Source: an uncultured Gammaproteobacteria bacterium
Lineage (GTDB): Bacteria > Patescibacteriota > Microgenomatia > CAYXHB01
Reading direction: 5' to 3'
NCBI GenBank assembly: GCA_964561945.1
Contig: CAZLQM010000002.1
Span: 13,087-77,086 of the forward strand
DNA: 64,000 bases
The translations under genes and the position numbers were made by a program. Under the pieces are notes generated by a model that was not told the DNA's origin, did no database searches, and worked only from the letters and a program-made list of their open reading frames with translations. Positions 9,858 through 20,335 of the stretch are shown in pieces. How positions within the stretch are numbered: the stretch's first letter is position 1; the number at the start of each line of letters is the position of its first letter.

Positions 9858-12233
9858 CTACAAATGACTTCTTCTATTAATTTCCATCTCCACTTCCTCC
9901 CGATCTCTCCCATATTTCAACTTTGATAACTCCGCAATCATCGCTCCCACCTCAGGATTTTTCTCTCGAGCATCCTGTTCCAAATCCTTAGTCGTATCCA
10001 TACTAAAAGGTGGCACGGGCGCATTATTTACCATCGTACTCACATATGCATTAAATTTATCTACATTTATCAAATCATCCTCACTAAATACTCCGCGGAA
10101 CTCCTGTGCCAAAAATGGCGCATCTTCAATTCCCACTCTAAACATCACTTTAGTTCCTACATTACCAAAAATAGCACTCTTAATCTCAGGATCCATCTGC
10201 CCCGTAAACTGATTAGCCACAGTCAAATTAAGGTGATATTTACGAGCCTCAGCCAAAATCGTCACAAAATCTGGCGTAGCGAAATTCTGAAATTCATCCA
10301 CATACAGATGAAAATCCGGTCTTTGATCCTCAGGGACATCTGCTCGACTCAAAGCGGACATCAACAGCTTCGGCACCAACAATAATCCCAAGAAATTCGC
10401 ATTCATCTCTCCCAAAGCTCCTTTATTTAATCTCACAATCAAAATTTTCTTCTCATCCATGATCTGTCGGAAATTAAACGTACTTTCACTCTGACAAATA
10501 ATATTCCTCATCATCTTATTCGTCACAAACGGTCCAAACTTACTCACAATGTAATCCAACACCTCAGATTTATGGAAATCGGCCGTTTGAGCAATTTGAT
10601 CAGTCCAATATCTCCTCACCACAGGGTCTTTGACTTTAGGCAGTAGCTCCTGCACATACCTCATATCGGTTTGCAACCTTACGATCTCCATAAAAGTCCC
10701 GCCAGGCACAGCTTCCATCACCGTCAACATCGAGTTACGAATTGCATGCTCGAATCTCGGTCCCACAATTCCAGTCTTGTGCGGATCATATAACTTATAC
10801 ATCAAATTTATTACCACACTGGTCACAAAATGCCGTTCGTCCTCCGTCTTAGCATCCATAATATTCATTCCCATTGGTCTCTCCATATCAGCAGGATCGA
10901 AGAAAATCACATCTTCAGCTCTCTCTGGTGGAATATAATCTAATATCTGTTCAGCCAAATCATGAGGATCCACCACCGCTACTCCCTTACCTTCGCGAAT
11001 ATCTTGAATGATCATGGTTTTCATAAATTCAGTCTTACCCATACCAGTTTTCCCAATAATATACATATGTCGTTGGCGATCTTTCTCACGAATCGTCACA
11101 GGTCGTTCTACTCCGCGGAAAATACTCTTCCCTAAATAAAGTCCATCAACTGGAATCAACGGGGATGCTGGTGCTGACTTAGAAGTTAACCAATTAATAT
11201 TTGGTGTTTCTACTGTCTTGTTTGGGAAATGATACAAACTCGCCACCTCATCTACTGACAAAACCGATGCCTTACTCGAAAGATGTAACATCCGTGGATA
11301 ACGGTAAATAAAATCAGTCATAAAAGTCTGCGGAATCCATACTTTCTGCTCACTAAACCGATTATGTCCTGAATTAAATTGTTCAAATGAACCTTTTATG
11401 TTAGCCAAATGCTGTTTAGCTTGTTCTTGCGTGTCCGACACTACAACCAACCTCACTGTCACTTCAAACCCAGGCTTAGATAATTTATTATCCACCGCTT
11501 CTAACAATCTTGAATCCACCTTATAACTAGCTTTTTGAGGATCAGATTCTTTCTTCTTAGTATCAGAAATAAAACTCTTCCCTGCTTTTTTCCAGTCGCC
11601 CCCAATTCCAGTTAACAAAATCTGAATTACAGCTGACTCACGAGGACCCATTTTCCCCAAAGCACTCGTCACTGCACTCATTGTATCAACTGGCAAATCT
11701 TTATAGGTTCTAATTGGTTTGTATGTTGGATCAGCCAACCCCAACTGCGCCCAAGCTACTTCACCCTGCTCCTCAAAAATACTATATTCCTCCACTGCCC
11801 TCACATCAGCCCCATTATATGCACTATGAATTTGTTTCTCAATCAAATCATGCAAATGCTCTGGCACACTCAAATAATATGTAATATCACCATAACGAGC
11901 CACAATCTCCAAACTAATATGCTCTGGCGGTTGTGTAGAAAATATTCCTTTAGTCTTTTTAAGCACATTCAAAGAAGACAATATCTGCTCCATTGCATCA
12001 ACCTTAACCTCATTATCTCTTGGCACCCTTACTTGCAACAGAACCGTCTTCAACGATCGACTCTCCCGATCCTTCCATCTCTGCCACCATATAAAACCAA
12101 ATAACCCGCCCAGCATCAATCCCACCACCACAGCCACACCCAACAACAATCCCAACAAACCAAACACGATAGTCAACAAAGAGTCCATATTCCTATATTG
12201 TACACGCAAAACCCTTCCAAACTCACCTTCCAA
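9858..12233 (-). CDS. membrane-anchored FtsK/HerA-superfamily P-loop ATPase (VirB4/VirD4/HerA-like)
   Basis: N-terminal hydrophobic segment. Walker A IIGKTGMGKT is followed by VAVVDPHD (the DPxG[DE] feature of HerA/T4SS ATPases). Walker B is HLYVDEFQNF. Length 791 aa. Confidence 0.6.
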   Translation of the reverse strand: MEGEFGRVLRVQYRNMDSLLTIVFGLLGLLLGVAVVVGLMLGGLFGFIWWQRWKDRESRSLKTVLLQVRVPRDNEVKVDAMEQILSSLNVLKKTKGIFSTQPPEHISLEIVARYGDITYYLSVPEHLHDLIEKQIHSAYNGADVRAVEEYSIFEEQGEVAWAQLGLADPTYKPIRTYKDLPVDTMSAVTSALGKMGPRESAVIQILLTGIGGDWKKAGKSFISDTKKKESDPQKASYKVDSRLLEAVDNKLSKPGFEVTVRLVVVSDTQEQAKQHLANIKGSFEQFNSGHNRFSEQKVWIPQTFMTDFIYRYPRMLHLSSKASVLSVDEVASLYHFPNKTVETPNINWLTSKSAPASPLIPVDGLYLGKSIFRGVERPVTIREKDRQRHMYIIGKTGMGKTEFMKTMIIQDIREGKGVAVVDPHDLAEQILDYIPPERAEDVIFFDPADMERPMGMNIMDAKTEDERHFVTSVVINLMYKLYDPHKTGIVGPRFEHAIRNSMLTVMEAVPGGTFMEIVRLQTDMRYVQELLPKVKDPVVRRYWTDQIAQTADFHKSEVLDYIVSKFGPFVTNKMMRNIICQSESTFNFRQIMDEKKILIVRLNKGALGEMNANFLGLLLVPKLLMSALSRADVPEDQRPDFHLYVDEFQNFATPDFVTILAEARKYHLNLTVANQFTGQMDPEIKSAIFGNVGTKVMFRVGIEDAPFLAQEFRGVFSEDDLINVDKFNAYVSTMVNNAPVPPFSMDTTKDLEQDAREKNPEVGAMIAELSKLKYGRDREEVEMEINRRSHL

Positions 12234-12245
12234 AATACTTATTTC

Positions 12246-12587
12246 TCAACCCTTAAAGAAAGTCCTTGCCCCGTATTTTTTGATCATGTAAGTGCACCAC
12301 ACCGCCATCCATTTAGCGCTACTCTCCACTTGAGCAGCCAATCCTTGATGGAAACTCTGCTGAGTCGTTGGCAAAACCACAGCATCTTGCGGTAACTGAA
12401 AATCATCATTTTTAACCACCAACGAATCATCATTATCTTGTCCTGCCTGACCATCATCGTCATTACTAGGACCTTGAACGTCACCTTTTTCAACTTCCTC
12501 CAAATAATCATCTACCTCATTATTTTTCTCATAATCAACTGACTCAATACTATCTCGTCTAGTTTCAACTGGTATTTGCTCTGCCAT
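12246..12587 (-). CDS. hypothetical acidic protein
   Basis: 113 aa, D/E-rich. It sits 12 nt upstream of the ATPase in the same orientation. Confidence 0.3.
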   Translation of the reverse strand: MAEQIPVETRRDSIESVDYEKNNEVDDYLEEVEKGDVQGPSNDDDGQAGQDNDDSLVVKNDDFQLPQDAVVLPTTQQSFHQGLAAQVESSAKWMAVWCTYMIKKYGARTFFKG

Positions 12588-12647
12588 ATTAACCTAATGT
12601 TATCACGCCAAAAATAACCACAAAATACTCAAAAACACGCTTATAAA

Positions 12648-13343
12648 CTATTTGTCATTCTGCCACACCTGCTCTTTTTCTTGACAAACCCAAGCCGTGT
12701 ATCTTGCCATTACAAATAACCAATCACCCAATCTATTCAAATAAGGCAACCACCCCAACGCATACTCAGGAACTATCTCTCTAGTTCCACCACTATTTGA
12801 CTGCACTAATCTAACCATAGTTCGCTCTACCCTTCGCAACAATGATCTACTCACATGCAAAACAGCTCCCCCCACACCTCCACCAGGCAGTATGAAATTC
12901 TCTAATGTCGGCAAACTCTGCTCATAATCATCAATACTTTTCTCCATAGCACCAGTTCTCCCTAACCACTTATTTGCTTGCTGAACATAGTTTTCATCTG
13001 ACACCCCAGCCGTTTTTTTTTCATAAGTTTCCACTCTCCCTGATGCTGAAGGTCTTGCTATTTGCAATTTATTACTTGCCACTTGCGCTCCCAATTCTAA
13101 CAACTCACCCTGCACTTTCGTTAACTGTTTAACAACCAAACCCAAATCATCTCTCCGTGTATTATCTCCCATTTCTTCATACGTCGACGCCAAACTTTCG
13201 ATCACGCTAACCCCAAAGCCAATCTGACAATTCAATTCATCCAACTCACCCAACACCGCCACTTGCAATGACCCCTTCGACACTCGCTCACCCTGCCGCA
13301 AACTTGTCATCCCCTGATCCCCTGCTCGTGTATAGATTGCCAT
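12648..13343 (-). CDS. ATP:cob(I)alamin adenosyltransferase, PduO/MMAB type
   Basis: MAIYTRAGDQGMTSLRQGERVSKGSLQVAVLGELDELNCQIG matches the PduO-type N-terminal signature. Confidence 0.8.
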   Translation of the reverse strand: MAIYTRAGDQGMTSLRQGERVSKGSLQVAVLGELDELNCQIGFGVSVIESLASTYEEMGDNTRRDDLGLVVKQLTKVQGELLELGAQVASNKLQIARPSASGRVETYEKKTAGVSDENYVQQANKWLGRTGAMEKSIDDYEQSLPTLENFILPGGGVGGAVLHVSRSLLRRVERTMVRLVQSNSGGTREIVPEYALGWLPYLNRLGDWLFVMARYTAWVCQEKEQVWQNDK

Positions 13344-13367
13344 CGCAACTATTCTACCATTATTAAA

Positions 13368-14717
13368 TTAATCTCCAATCTTCAATTGATCCAAATCCGA
13401 CTGGTATTGCCCCCAATTATCATCCTTAAGTGATTGATAAGTAGACCACATCTTTTGCTCCCGTTCCAAATAAGTTTCCACATCCAGAACTCCAACTCCA
13501 CTCGACCTTGGAGCCACTTCGTTTTGCAACTTCAAACGTGCATCCTTAACATAATTAATCGATTTTAAATACTCCGTCCCCACACAAGAACTATACGATA
13601 CTAAATTATCAATTATGCATTGATTTATTTGTTCCCATAATCTAATTACCTCAGAAGACAAAACCAAGGCTCTCTCCAAATCCTTAGGATCATCAGCTGG
13701 ATAATAACTTCCGCCTCCAGCTTGAGCAATTTCCATGAGTTGTTGTTTTTCCTGATCATTTACCGCCAATCCAACCACATTTGTAGTTAGTTCAACTCCA
13801 CTCTCCTTAAGCATCCGTGCTTGCTCGACAGGATCTCCATCACAAGTCTCCAATCCATCAGACAATAATATTACAAAATTACCTTCACCTTCTCGATCCT
13901 TCAACATCTCTCCCGCTCTCGCCAATCCCCCCGCCAAGGGAGTCCATCCTGATGGTACTAATTTGTCAACACTCTCACCCACATTCTTAGTTCGTAAAGG
14001 AGACAACTCAGACACCACTTCAACTCCATTACACGATACCGATCTAGCTTCTTGAGACGAATTTCCCTTATGTCCATAAACCACTAGCCCCACATCTGTA
14101 TAACTGGGAAAACCCCGAGACAATACAGATTTCAAAGCATCAACGGCACTTCTCCATTTATTAACTCCATTTATATCTCCGTTCATCGAACCCGAAGCAT
14201 CCAATACAAATACCAAATTCAAACGCAATTTTGCCCTTGGCACATTTGTATAATCACCACAGCCAATCTCTCTCACACAATCATTGCTATTAGGATCATA
14301 CCCTAGAGCACTCTCCACATCGTCGGGGATAGAATCCTGATCACTATCTGTTTCTAAATCAAGCACATCATCACCTTGCAAATTTTCAATTGCTATTACA
14401 TCATTTTTTTTGTCTTTATTAACTAAGGTCGGATTATTACTTATCAAAAACAACAACCCCAAAACAATTACTACCACTAGAATTCCCAAAACCATAGCTC
14501 CATACAAAAAATACTTCGTTACACCATGTTTATGTTTAATAACATTTTTAGGTTGAACCACAACTTCTTTCTCAACCGCAGGCTCTGCAATCTTTGCTGG
14601 CATCTTATCAGCATCTACCTCCCAAATCTTAGTTGACAATGACAAATCCTCATCATCGCCAGATCTCCTAACGAAATGCCCTTTTATCTTTTGACCGTCT
14701 TCACTCATACATATCAC
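13368..14717 (-). CDS. von Willebrand factor type A (vWA) domain membrane protein
   Basis: TM helix then LVFVLDASGSMNGD (MIDAS DxSxS) ... GWTPLAGGLARAGEML. Confidence 0.75.
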   Translation of the reverse strand: MICMSEDGQKIKGHFVRRSGDDEDLSLSTKIWEVDADKMPAKIAEPAVEKEVVVQPKNVIKHKHGVTKYFLYGAMVLGILVVVIVLGLLFLISNNPTLVNKDKKNDVIAIENLQGDDVLDLETDSDQDSIPDDVESALGYDPNSNDCVREIGCGDYTNVPRAKLRLNLVFVLDASGSMNGDINGVNKWRSAVDALKSVLSRGFPSYTDVGLVVYGHKGNSSQEARSVSCNGVEVVSELSPLRTKNVGESVDKLVPSGWTPLAGGLARAGEMLKDREGEGNFVILLSDGLETCDGDPVEQARMLKESGVELTTNVVGLAVNDQEKQQLMEIAQAGGGSYYPADDPKDLERALVLSSEVIRLWEQINQCIIDNLVSYSSCVGTEYLKSINYVKDARLKLQNEVAPRSSGVGVLDVETYLEREQKMWSTYQSLKDDNWGQYQSDLDQLKIGD

Positions 14718-14741
14718 TTTAGCTTATTTTTCCATTACACT

Positions 14742-15365
14742 CTAGCTCTTAGAATTTACCAACGTAGATTCCTCCACCCAATCCATCGCCTGTACCAAAG
14801 TATTATGATCATGAGTTACATACCGCCGTCGACTTTCTATTTCCATCCCATACACTTCTGATAACATCATTTGCCAATACATCACATATACATAAGGTAC
14901 AATTGGTGGCAAACTTTCATTCCAATTAATCTTCGGTCGAAAAAACAAATTCCCTTCCAACAACCCCACAAACAAACCTAACGGTCTCCCCACAACTCCA
15001 ATCGCCACAACAGATTTGAGTATTACCTTCGGCCACTCAGGCAACTTTTCTGGCATCATTTTAAATAACTCTCCCACGAAGTCTTCTTGGGATTTACCTT
15101 CATAATATTGCCTAAAAAATGGTTCATTTTCTCCAACCGTAATATCTATTCCATCACACATCAAAATCTGCCCCTTATTCCTTCCTCGAGCCGCAATTTG
15201 CCACTTCAAACTCACTACTTCTTCAATTGTCTTCATCATTGATGCTCGTCGTCCCACCTCTACACCTTTTACCACCTCAATCTGCCAACTTCGTTCTTGT
15301 ACTATTTGTATCCTCTGGTCAATCTTAAATTTATTCCCCGTCGCATAGTAAATAACTGGTACCAT
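14742..15365 (-). CDS. RdgB/Ham1-family non-canonical purine NTP pyrophosphatase (tentative)
   Basis: N-terminal VIYYATGNKFK resembles the Ham1 ATGNxxK motif. Weak overall. Confidence 0.4.
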   Translation of the reverse strand: MVPVIYYATGNKFKIDQRIQIVQERSWQIEVVKGVEVGRRASMMKTIEEVVSLKWQIAARGRNKGQILMCDGIDITVGENEPFFRQYYEGKSQEDFVGELFKMMPEKLPEWPKVILKSVVAIGVVGRPLGLFVGLLEGNLFFRPKINWNESLPPIVPYVYVMYWQMMLSEVYGMEIESRRRYVTHDHNTLVQAMDWVEESTLVNSKS

Positions 15366-15394
15366 ATCTCCACTTTATCAGCACTTTTAATTAT

Positions 15395-17719
15395 TTACAT
15401 CGTACACTTACTCCAACCACACTGTGGACAGCTCACGCATCCATCTCGATAAATCGCCCCAGCTCCACATTCTTCACACACCACAGCATCTCCACTTCCG
15501 GGTTTTATAGCTTGCACACCAACAGTCTCAACTTTGGCAACCAAATCCACACTCTTCACTTCTTCTTTTTTCAAACTTTTTGGCTTAGCCAAATTCAAAA
15601 CCTGATCCTGCTTACTCCCATCTCGATAAATAGTAATACCCTTACACCCCAATCGCCATGCTTGTAAATAAGCTTCCTTCACGTCCTCAACACTTGCCTC
15701 ATTAGCAAAATTAATTGTTTTACTAATCGAATTATCAAACCATTTCTGCCATGCAGCTTGGATCTGCACATGCCAAGTTGGCTTAATCTCATGTGTCGTT
15801 ACAAACACCTTATACACCCATTCAGGCAAACCTCTCACTCCATGCAAACCTTCTTCTGCCACAACTGTTAATAAATCATCCACTGATAATATTTTCTCTC
15901 CACTGCTTCTTACAACTTTCTTCAAATCAAGATTATTAACTACTCCCTCAAAAACAGGATCTACAATCATAAACTCACGAGTTGGCTTATTATCTCTATT
16001 GTCTTCATTGAAAACCCGCTTCAAAGTCACCAACGAAAATACGGGCTCAATTCCACTCGAAGTGTTAGCTAACATACTTATAGTTCCAGTCGGAGCAATC
16101 ATCGTCAATGCGCAATTACGATACCGCTCCGCGCTCCCAGCGTATACCGAAATATCGAAATGAGGAAATACTCCTCTAATCCTAGCTAGTTCCAAACTCA
16201 TTTCTTCTGCATTTTTCTGAATAAACTTAGCAATCCTGCCTGCCAAACTCACGGCTTCTTTAGAGTTATAAGGAATCTTCATCATATAAAGCATATGGGC
16301 AAATCCCATAACTCCAAGTCCGATCCTTCTATTCCCATTTTTAACCATATCCTCAATTTCCTTCAAAGCATACGTATTCACCTCAATCATATTATCCAAA
16401 AATCTAATCCCCACTTTCACCGAACGTGCCAAATCGTCCCAATCAATCTCATATTTATCATCTCCATCTTCACTTTTATTAATCAAATGATTATGCAAAA
16501 TAATACTCGTCAAATTACAAGACTCATAAGGCAAAAGTGGAATTTCTCCACACGGATTAGTCGCATTCAAAGCTCCCAACGTCGGCGTTGGATTATCCTC
16601 TTCCAACCGATCCAAAAAAGCCAACCCAGGATCTCCTCCAATCCAAGCATGCTCCACAATTGTCGCAAACAACCGTTTAGCACTCACACGTCGAGTTATC
16701 TCTCCTGTCCTTGGATTAACCAAATTCCACATCTTATCTTCCAATACAGCCTCCATAAATGCGTCTGTAACCCCCACGCTAATATTAAAATTCTTAATGG
16801 TTCCATCCTCATCCTTCATCGTAATAAATTCTTCAATATCAGGATGATCCACATTCAAAATCGCAATGTTTGCTCCCTGTCTTTTAGCTCCCTGCAAAAT
16901 CTGTCCCAATACTGCCGAATACGCTTTGATAAAGCCTACCGGCCCAGTTGCTGCCCCAGGGACATTACGTACTTTATCACCCTGTGGTCGAATCTTGCTA
17001 AAATTAAACCCTGTCCCTCCATTATTTTTATGCACCACAGCAGCATCTCCCAAAGTCTTAAAAATCCTTGCAATATTATCCTCGATCGGCAGCACAAAAC
17101 AGCTTGACAACTGACCCGTACCCCCAGGGTTGCCTGCCTCAAACATCGCTTTACCAGCACATACGAACTTCCAATTAACCAATCTCTCATAAAACGCTCC
17201 CGTAGTTTCATCATACTCACCATTATTTGACCAGTTTAGCTCTGCCTTAGCCATGTGTCTTGCCACCCGCCAAAACATTTCACCCAAACTCTCAATCACT
17301 TCACCTTTCATATTAGTTCTCAGATACCTCTTCCGTGCAATCTCCATTCCCATTGGTGAAATTTCTGGCTCAACAATCTCTTTGTTATGTTTATCTTTTT
17401 GATGCTTCCTCTCTCCAAACAATATATAATACTTTGCGGTTTGGAAAAATCCCCCATGAGCCATTGCCGGCTCCACAACGTCCCTAATTTGCGCGCTACT
17501 CACTTCTCTTAAACCCAGTTTATCCAATGATTCTCTAATTTCTTTCAAAATTATTTTTGCTTCCTTCTCTCCATAAGCCTTGGTGTCTTTTCCTGCTTTA
17601 ACCACACTTTTAACTATCTTTTCCCAATCAAAATTATCCTTTTTCCCCGAGCGCTTTATAACAAATTCAATTCCTCTATCTTTTGCAGTCTTAGAAATTT
17701 GTTTCATCATAGCAACCAT
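15395..17719 (-). CDS. nrdJ: class II adenosylcobalamin-dependent ribonucleotide reductase with N-terminal ATP-cone and C-terminal Zn-ribbon
   Basis: ATP-cone (EFVIKRSGKKDNFDWEKIVKSV), active site NPCGEIPLLPYESCNLTSI and C-terminal CEECG...CPQCG. Confidence 0.9.
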   Translation of the reverse strand: MVAMMKQISKTAKDRGIEFVIKRSGKKDNFDWEKIVKSVVKAGKDTKAYGEKEAKIILKEIRESLDKLGLREVSSAQIRDVVEPAMAHGGFFQTAKYYILFGERKHQKDKHNKEIVEPEISPMGMEIARKRYLRTNMKGEVIESLGEMFWRVARHMAKAELNWSNNGEYDETTGAFYERLVNWKFVCAGKAMFEAGNPGGTGQLSSCFVLPIEDNIARIFKTLGDAAVVHKNNGGTGFNFSKIRPQGDKVRNVPGAATGPVGFIKAYSAVLGQILQGAKRQGANIAILNVDHPDIEEFITMKDEDGTIKNFNISVGVTDAFMEAVLEDKMWNLVNPRTGEITRRVSAKRLFATIVEHAWIGGDPGLAFLDRLEEDNPTPTLGALNATNPCGEIPLLPYESCNLTSIILHNHLINKSEDGDDKYEIDWDDLARSVKVGIRFLDNMIEVNTYALKEIEDMVKNGNRRIGLGVMGFAHMLYMMKIPYNSKEAVSLAGRIAKFIQKNAEEMSLELARIRGVFPHFDISVYAGSAERYRNCALTMIAPTGTISMLANTSSGIEPVFSLVTLKRVFNEDNRDNKPTREFMIVDPVFEGVVNNLDLKKVVRSSGEKILSVDDLLTVVAEEGLHGVRGLPEWVYKVFVTTHEIKPTWHVQIQAAWQKWFDNSISKTINFANEASVEDVKEAYLQAWRLGCKGITIYRDGSKQDQVLNLAKPKSLKKEEVKSVDLVAKVETVGVQAIKPGSGDAVVCEECGAGAIYRDGCVSCPQCGWSKCTM

Positions 17720-17754
17720 ACAAAGTCATCTAACCATTGGTCAATATCCAAAAA

Positions 17755-20313
17755 CTAACACTGCGCAAAACCGCAGCTATAGCACTTGGCACAACCTTCT
17801 TCATGTACTAGACTGGCAGTCCCACACTCAGGACAAATATCCCCCACAGACCTCTCACTAACATCCGCTTCTTCCAACGGTACACCACTCCCATCAATAG
17901 TTAACTGGACTTTAGTTTCATTAATTAAACTATCTTTTTTACCATTCAAATCTCCATCCCCAGAACCTATAAAACCCATATCGATCGCCAGCGCTTTCGC
18001 CAACGCATCAGGCAAAGACATCACCTTACTATGGCCAAATCCCACAGGCCTCATTCCTCCGATCCCCTTTAGTTGATCAATCACTAACTCAGCTCGTTCT
18101 TTAGAACTTAATCCCACAGCTGATTTCAAGTATTTAGAAATTATTCGCCCCAATGCCTCAGCCATAGCCTGCACATCAGATCCAGCTCTTCCTATATTTA
18201 TAAACAACTCAATTGGCGAACCATTTTCGTCTCGATTAACAGTTATCCAAGCGGTTCCCACTGGGGTCTTCAGTTTATACGTCCTTCCAGACATTACCAT
18301 AGGACGTATCCACTGTTTCACTTCAGCAATTTCTTCTTTAACCTTACTACTTACAACCTCATCTGTTTTCTTATCTTCATCTCTTATCAAAGTCCCCTCT
18401 CTTGATCCATCTCGCATATAAGACACTCCCTTACATCCCAATTCAAAGGCCAATGTATATAAATTCTTTACATCTTCTACACTATGAGAATTAGGAGCAT
18501 TAACTGTTTTACTAATTGAAGAATCTGTATATTTTTGAATTAGAGCCTGAATCTTTACATGCTCTTCAGGACTTAAATCATCAGCAACTGTAAAATAATC
18601 AGGTATATTTTCTTTACCATTTTCATTAATCCACTTTTCATACAACGGATGATACATCATCCGCGTTCCCAACCTATCCTTTTGAGTATATGAAAACGAA
18701 AACACTGGTTCTATCCCGCTAGAAACCCCTGCCAAAAGCGAAATCTTTCCCGTCGGCGCTTGCGTTAACAACAATGCATTTCTAACTCCGTAATTTCTAA
18801 TTTTCTCGCGTATCGCTTCTGGCATCGTTTGCATAAAACCGCTTTGCAAATACAACTCACTATTAAACATCGCAAAACTTCCCTTTTCATTTGCCAAATC
18901 CGCCGAAGTTTCATAAGCCACGTCTCTCATCAATTTATAGATCTTCTCAACTATCTCCAATGACTCTTTTGATCCATATCGAACTTTCATCTTAATCAAA
19001 GCATCAGCCAACCCCGTTGTCCCCAATCCCACTCTTCTTTCTCTTTTCTGAACTTTTTCTATAGATTTATATAAATACTTCTCTGCATCAACTGCATCAT
19101 CCAAAAACCTCACCCCAATCGCTGTCACTTTAGCCAATTCTTCATAATCAAACTTACCACTATCATCCACAAACGCCGCCAAATTAACACTACTCAAATT
19201 ACACACCCCCCAAGCAGGCAAACCTTGTTCTCCACATGGATTAGTTGCAATATTTTTCTCAAAATACCAAGTATTATTCATCGTATTATATCGATCCATA
19301 AACACCACTCCAGGCTCAGCGCTCGCCCATGCCGATTCACAAATCTTATCCCACAGCTCTCTTGCTTTAATCGTTTTATACACAATCACTCCATATCCTT
19401 TAGCTCTCCAATCTTCAATATCCCCCCTCCACTCAGATTTATAATTATCATCCTCACAATCAGCAAAAACCAAATCCCAATCATCATCATTCTTAACAGC
19501 TTCCATAAATTTATCCGACACACACACACTTAAATTAGCTCCCAAGATTTTATTCTGATCTTTCTTCACACTTATAAATTCCTCAATATCGGGATGCCAA
19601 TCCCAGAGCATTATCATCAAAGCCCCCCTTCTCGTCCCACCCTGCTGGATAATATCATGGGCTGCCACCGAATAAAGATTTGCCCAACTCACAGCTCCAC
19701 TACTTGTTCCATTGACTGTCTTAACGTACGAACCTCTGGGCCTCAACGAGGATAAATTAAACCCTACTCCTCCCCCTCTGGCACTTATCTCAGTCATATG
19801 CTCAAGCGTCTTAATTATTCCCTTGCGTGAGTCAATCGGACTAGGAATCACAAAACAATTAATCATCGTTGAATCCAACCCCGTCCCTGCCGTCGTCAAA
19901 AACCTGCCAGCCGGCAAGAATCTAAAATCCTCCATCGCCCCATAAAACTTCTCCTCCCATTCTTTTCTTAACTCAGAAGTATTCTCTACCTGCGCCACTC
20001 CCCAAGCCACTCGTCGCCACATCTGCTCTACAAATTTTTCTCGCACCTCCCCCTTATCATCCTTCATCGAATACCGATCTAAAAATAACTTCCGTCGAAT
20101 TCCTTCAAGTTCAGTTCCTTGATCCATATCTACGAAATGGGCTTCTTTACGCCAACTCTCATCACGATCCTGACTCACGACCTCAGTCTGTAAACTTGAA
20201 TTCTTCGCATTAAAAATTTCTTTCTTTACACCACCCAATCCATTAACTTGTCTATTCATATTGTTTCTATTTCTTTTCCAGTTACGACTGCGAATATAAG
20301 TTTGATTAACCAT
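17755..20313 (-). CDS. nrdJ: second class II ribonucleotide reductase paralog
   Basis: NPCGEQGLPAWGVCNLSSVNL, C-terminal CPECG...CYSCG, 852 aa. Confidence 0.9.
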   Translation of the reverse strand: MVNQTYIRSRNWKRNRNNMNRQVNGLGGVKKEIFNAKNSSLQTEVVSQDRDESWRKEAHFVDMDQGTELEGIRRKLFLDRYSMKDDKGEVREKFVEQMWRRVAWGVAQVENTSELRKEWEEKFYGAMEDFRFLPAGRFLTTAGTGLDSTMINCFVIPSPIDSRKGIIKTLEHMTEISARGGGVGFNLSSLRPRGSYVKTVNGTSSGAVSWANLYSVAAHDIIQQGGTRRGALMIMLWDWHPDIEEFISVKKDQNKILGANLSVCVSDKFMEAVKNDDDWDLVFADCEDDNYKSEWRGDIEDWRAKGYGVIVYKTIKARELWDKICESAWASAEPGVVFMDRYNTMNNTWYFEKNIATNPCGEQGLPAWGVCNLSSVNLAAFVDDSGKFDYEELAKVTAIGVRFLDDAVDAEKYLYKSIEKVQKRERRVGLGTTGLADALIKMKVRYGSKESLEIVEKIYKLMRDVAYETSADLANEKGSFAMFNSELYLQSGFMQTMPEAIREKIRNYGVRNALLLTQAPTGKISLLAGVSSGIEPVFSFSYTQKDRLGTRMMYHPLYEKWINENGKENIPDYFTVADDLSPEEHVKIQALIQKYTDSSISKTVNAPNSHSVEDVKNLYTLAFELGCKGVSYMRDGSREGTLIRDEDKKTDEVVSSKVKEEIAEVKQWIRPMVMSGRTYKLKTPVGTAWITVNRDENGSPIELFINIGRAGSDVQAMAEALGRIISKYLKSAVGLSSKERAELVIDQLKGIGGMRPVGFGHSKVMSLPDALAKALAIDMGFIGSGDGDLNGKKDSLINETKVQLTIDGSGVPLEEADVSERSVGDICPECGTASLVHEEGCAKCYSCGFAQC

Positions 20314-20335
20314 ATTAATTTTTTATAAACAATTC

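Noticed and set aside
16295-17107. 270-aa + ORF inside nrdJ
   Set aside because: It is antisense to a confidently identified RNR gene with low-complexity skew-driven composition.
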